Below are positions 55,764 through 58,493 of a stretch of 58,493 nt of DNA, piece by piece. Position numbers and translations under genes: made by a program. The stretch's first letter is position 1. Each line of letters begins with the position of its first letter. The stretch is from a virus, in IMG/VR virus record IMGVR_UViG_3300029479_000005; one strand, 5' to 3'. Below the pieces are notes generated by a model. That model was not told the origin of the DNA, searched no databases, and saw nothing but the letters and a program-made list of their open reading frames with translations.

Positions 55764-56054
55764 ATGTTAGAGAGAAATTTCCAAGCTAAATTAAAAAAAG
55801 AGCTTAAAGAAATGTTCCCAGGTTGTATAGTTACAAAAAACGATGCTAACGACATTCAAGGATTACCCGATTTAACAATATTTTATAAAGATAAATGGGC
55901 GACTCTGGAATGCAAAAAATCAGCGAACGAAAGGAAACGACCAAATCAAGAATATTACGTGGACAGAATGAATGAGATGTCATTCTCAAGATTTATTTGT
56001 CCAGAGAATAAGGAGGAAGTATTGAATGAACTTCAACAAGCATTCAAATCTTGA
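55764..56054 (+). CDS. VRR-NUC domain nuclease (PD-(D/E)XK fold)
   Basis: GLPDLTIFYKDKWATLECK carries the PD…E.K signature; 96 aa. Confidence 0.6.
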   Translation: MLERNFQAKLKKELKEMFPGCIVTKNDANDIQGLPDLTIFYKDKWATLECKKSANERKRPNQEYYVDRMNEMSFSRFICPENKEEVLNELQQAFKS

Positions 56055-56583
56055 AGGTAGGCATGCTTTCTTAGGTGCTAGTAAATATCATTGGATTAGA
56101 TATTCTGATGATAAAATAGCAGAATCGTATTCTAAATTTCTCGCTATTCAAAGAGGAACTGAGTTACATGAATTTGCGGCACAATGTATAAGATTATCGC
56201 AAAAACTTCCGAGATCTAAGAAAACCTTGAATTCTTATGTAAATGATGCTATAGGTTTCAGAATGATACCTGAACAAATTTTATATTATTCAGATAATTG
56301 TTTTGGTACAGCTGATGCTATTATATTTAAAAACAACTTTTTAAGAATACACGATTTGAAGACCGGAGTGATTCCGGCACATATGGAGCAGTTACGAATA
56401 TATGCTGCTCTTTTTTGTTTGGAATATGGAATTAAACCGGGTGAAATTGGTATGGAACTTCGAATTTATCAAAACGACGAAATTATATACGATGTTCCTA
56501 CCGCCGAAGATATTGCACCTATAATGGATCGAATAGTTGTTTCCGATAAGATTATAACGAAAATGAAAGAACGAGAGGAGTAA
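56026..56583 (+). CDS. PD-(D/E)XK-family nuclease (YqaJ/Cas4-like exonuclease fold)
   Basis: Carries D…E.K (TADAIIF…IHDLKTG) and an N-terminal GASKYH. Confidence 0.45.
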   Translation: MNFNKHSNLEGRHAFLGASKYHWIRYSDDKIAESYSKFLAIQRGTELHEFAAQCIRLSQKLPRSKKTLNSYVNDAIGFRMIPEQILYYSDNCFGTADAIIFKNNFLRIHDLKTGVIPAHMEQLRIYAALFCLEYGIKPGEIGMELRIYQNDEIIYDVPTAEDIAPIMDRIVVSDKIITKMKEREE

Positions 56584-56586
56584 GTC

Positions 56587-58493
56587 ATGAGTATTATAGA
56601 CGAAATAAAATCATATTTTGGTTGTGGTTCCAGTGGTAAGGCTTTAGCCCATTATGGTACACCACGACACTCAGGACGTTACCCGTGGGGGAGTGGAGAA
56701 AATCCGTTTCAACATAGCGGAGATTTTCTATCTAGAATAGATGAACTAAAAAAATCTGGTATGACAGAAACGGAAATCGCACATGAATTGGGTTTAAGCA
56801 CTACCCAATATAGAGTGCAAAAACAATTAGCCTCGCATGAGCGACGACAGTTAGAAGTAGATCGTGCTAAATCGTTAAGAGCAGATGGTAAATCTCTTAA
56901 TGAAATAGCAAAGATTATGGGCTATAATAATGATTCGTCCATTCGTTCACTTTTAAACGACAATACTGCTGAAAGAGCAAATCGTGCTCAAAAAGCAGCT
57001 GATGTTTTAAAAAAAGAACTACAGAAAAAAGGAATGATAGACGTAGGTGCTGGTGCAGAGCGAGAGATTGGTATATCGGAAAATACTATGAAAGAAGCTC
57101 TTTATATTTTGGAACGTGAGGGATACAACGTTTATGGTGTAGGAATTCCTCAAGTGACCAATGCCCATCAGCAATCGAACACTAAAGTTTTGTGTAATCC
57201 GGAAATTGAATATAGAGATGTATATCAAAATATGGGTGATGTGCAATCTTTGGGCAATTATCATTCTACTGATGGTGGTGTGACATTCAACGAATTGAAA
57301 AAGCCAACTAGTATAGATTCTAAAAGAATTAGTATATGCTATGGTGATGAGGGCGGTTTGAATAAGGACGGTGTCATTGAAATAAGACGTGGTGTACCCG
57401 ATTTGGATTTAGGAAATTCACACTATGCACAAGTACGTATACTTGTAGACGGTACACATTATTTGAAAGGCATGGCTATGTATTCCGATGATATTCCAGA
57501 TGGAGTAGATATTGTGTTTAATACAAATAAAAAGTCGGGAACCGATAAAATGAATGTGTTAAAACCAATAAAAGATGATCCTGAAAATCCGTTTGGTGCA
57601 TTGATTAAAGCCAATGGTCAAAGTGAATATATAGATCCCAAAGATGGAACTAAAAAACTTTCTGCCATTAACAAACTTAAGGAAGAGGGGGATTGGGATA
57701 CGATGTCAAGAAATCTGTCCCAGCAATTTTTATCGAAGCAACCTTTGAGTTTGATAAAGAAACAGCTGGATTTAACATATGCAGATAGAGAGGCTGAATA
57801 CTCGGAGATAAAATCTCTTACTAATCCGACAGTAAAAAAGAAAATGTTAATGGATTTTGCAAATGATTGTGATGCAGCGGCGGTACATCTACAGGCTGCA
57901 GCATTACCTAGGCAGAATACCCAGGTTATTCTACCTATATCGGCAATGAAAGAAACAGAAGTATATGCTCCTAACTATAAAAACGGCGAACAGGTGGCAT
58001 TAATTCGTTTTCCTCATGGCGGTACATTTGAAATACCGGTATTGACGGTTAATAATAAAAATCCGTCAGCAAAAAGGATATTGGGAAACGTTACAGATGC
58101 CGTAGGAATAAATGCTAAAGTAGCTGAACGACTATCGGGGGCTGATTTCGACGGTGACCAAGTAGTAGTTATTCCTACTAATAATAAGGTTCGTATAAAA
58201 TCAACACCGCCGTTAAAAGATTTGGAGGGATTCGATCCTAAGACTCAGTATGCTTACCATGAGGGGATGAAAGTCATGACTAAAAGTGAAACCCAAAAAC
58301 AAATGGGTATAGTATCCAATCTTATAACTGATATGACACTACGGGGGGCACCTGAGAAAGATATAGCTAAAGCTGTAAAACATAGTATGGTAGTAATCGA
58401 TGCTGAAAAGCACAAATTAGATTATAAACAATCCGAAAAAGACAACGATATAGCCTTGCTAAAGAAAACCTACCAACGCCATCAAAACATGGA
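56587..58493 (+). CDS. N-terminal and central portion of the wrap-around two-barrel RNA polymerase. It runs off the window end and continues at 1..949. It contains two HTH motifs, a beta-like barrel motif, and a beta'-like catalytic motif.
   Basis: The hand translation has no stop through 58493. HTH motifs: MTETEIAHELGLSTTQYRVQKQL and KSLNEIAKIMGYNNDSSIRSLL. Beta-like barrel: GGLNKDGVIEIRRG. Beta'-like: LIRFPHGGTFEIPVLTV…GADFDGDQVVVIPT (compare beta' NADFDGDQMAVHVP). Confidence 0.6.
   Translation, partial: MSIIDEIKSYFGCGSSGKALAHYGTPRHSGRYPWGSGENPFQHSGDFLSRIDELKKSGMTETEIAHELGLSTTQYRVQKQLASHERRQLEVDRAKSLRADGKSLNEIAKIMGYNNDSSIRSLLNDNTAERANRAQKAADVLKKELQKKGMIDVGAGAEREIGISENTMKEALYILEREGYNVYGVGIPQVTNAHQQSNTKVLCNPEIEYRDVYQNMGDVQSLGNYHSTDGGVTFNELKKPTSIDSKRISICYGDEGGLNKDGVIEIRRGVPDLDLGNSHYAQVRILVDGTHYLKGMAMYSDDIPDGVDIVFNTNKKSGTDKMNVLKPIKDDPENPFGALIKANGQSEYIDPKDGTKKLSAINKLKEEGDWDTMSRNLSQQFLSKQPLSLIKKQLDLTYADREAEYSEIKSLTNPTVKKKMLMDFANDCDAAAVHLQAAALPRQNTQVILPISAMKETEVYAPNYKNGEQVALIRFPHGGTFEIPVLTVNNKNPSAKRILGNVTDAVGINAKVAERLSGADFDGDQVVVIPTNNKVRIKSTPPLKDLEGFDPKTQYAYHEGMKVMTKSETQKQMGIVSNLITDMTLRGAPEKDIAKAVKHSMVVIDAEKHKLDYKQSEKDNDIALLKKTYQRHQNM

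Noticed and set aside
58141-58170. DFDGD read as a Toprim DxD motif (primase / topoisomerase)
   Set aside because: Toprim DxD is followed by small residues (DxDxxG) and preceded by a conserved Glu strand. Here the flanks (GADFDGDQVVVIP, upstream R.P barrel strand) match the beta' double-psi barrel instead.

Overview
The window is an essentially complete, circularly permuted phage genome of about 58.4 kb. Bases 1-99 are repeated exactly at 58395-58493, so the contig is circular and the ORF that runs off the 3' end (56587..) is the same gene as the ORF that enters at the 5' end (..949). GC content is low (roughly mid-30s %). Almost all genes sit on the + strand with dense AGGAGG-type ribosome-binding sites. 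The lysis cassette is XkdX/XhlA-type, the recombinase is a tyrosine integrase, and one gene carries a copper-amine-oxidase N-domain; together these point to a temperate long-tailed siphovirus of a low-GC Firmicute (Clostridia/Bacilli-like) host. Layout, in order: (a) a wrap-around 918-aa two-barrel (YonO/beta'-like) RNA polymerase with sigma region-4-like HTHs; (b) about 700 bp of structured non-coding DNA; (c) the packaging and structural module: small terminase, HNH endonuclease, large terminase, portal, a fused prohead-protease/scaffold/major-capsid gene, connectors, major tail protein, chaperones, a 3241-aa tape measure with several internal tandem repeat families, distal tail protein (Dit), tail-associated protein (Tal); (d) an accessory island: a secreted Cu-amine-oxidase-N-domain gene with its own promoter, and three small convergent minus-strand genes; (e) an Xre regulator, three tail-fibre genes (one with a beta-helix), and XkdX-XhlA-amidase-holin; (f) tyrosine integrase plus a Zn-ribbon gene on the minus strand, flanked by TTCCTACA repeats, with a tRNA-like element alongside; (g) an early region of many small genes. 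The early region is built from repeated identical hairpin terminators (GAGTCCTAACAAGGRCTC, 7 copies) and a repeated promoter-like motif (ACGCGAAAAAAACA...TTATGRAA, 11 copies). It includes three paralogous 2-TM membrane proteins and a duplicated small-gene cassette; (h) a replication module: a 1327-aa SF3 helicase - AEP primase - family-B polymerase fusion, an SF2 helicase, MazG, a degenerate ThyX-like protein, an iteron/AT-palindrome origin-like region, VRR-NUC and PD-(D/E)XK nucleases. No CRISPR array or rRNA was seen.
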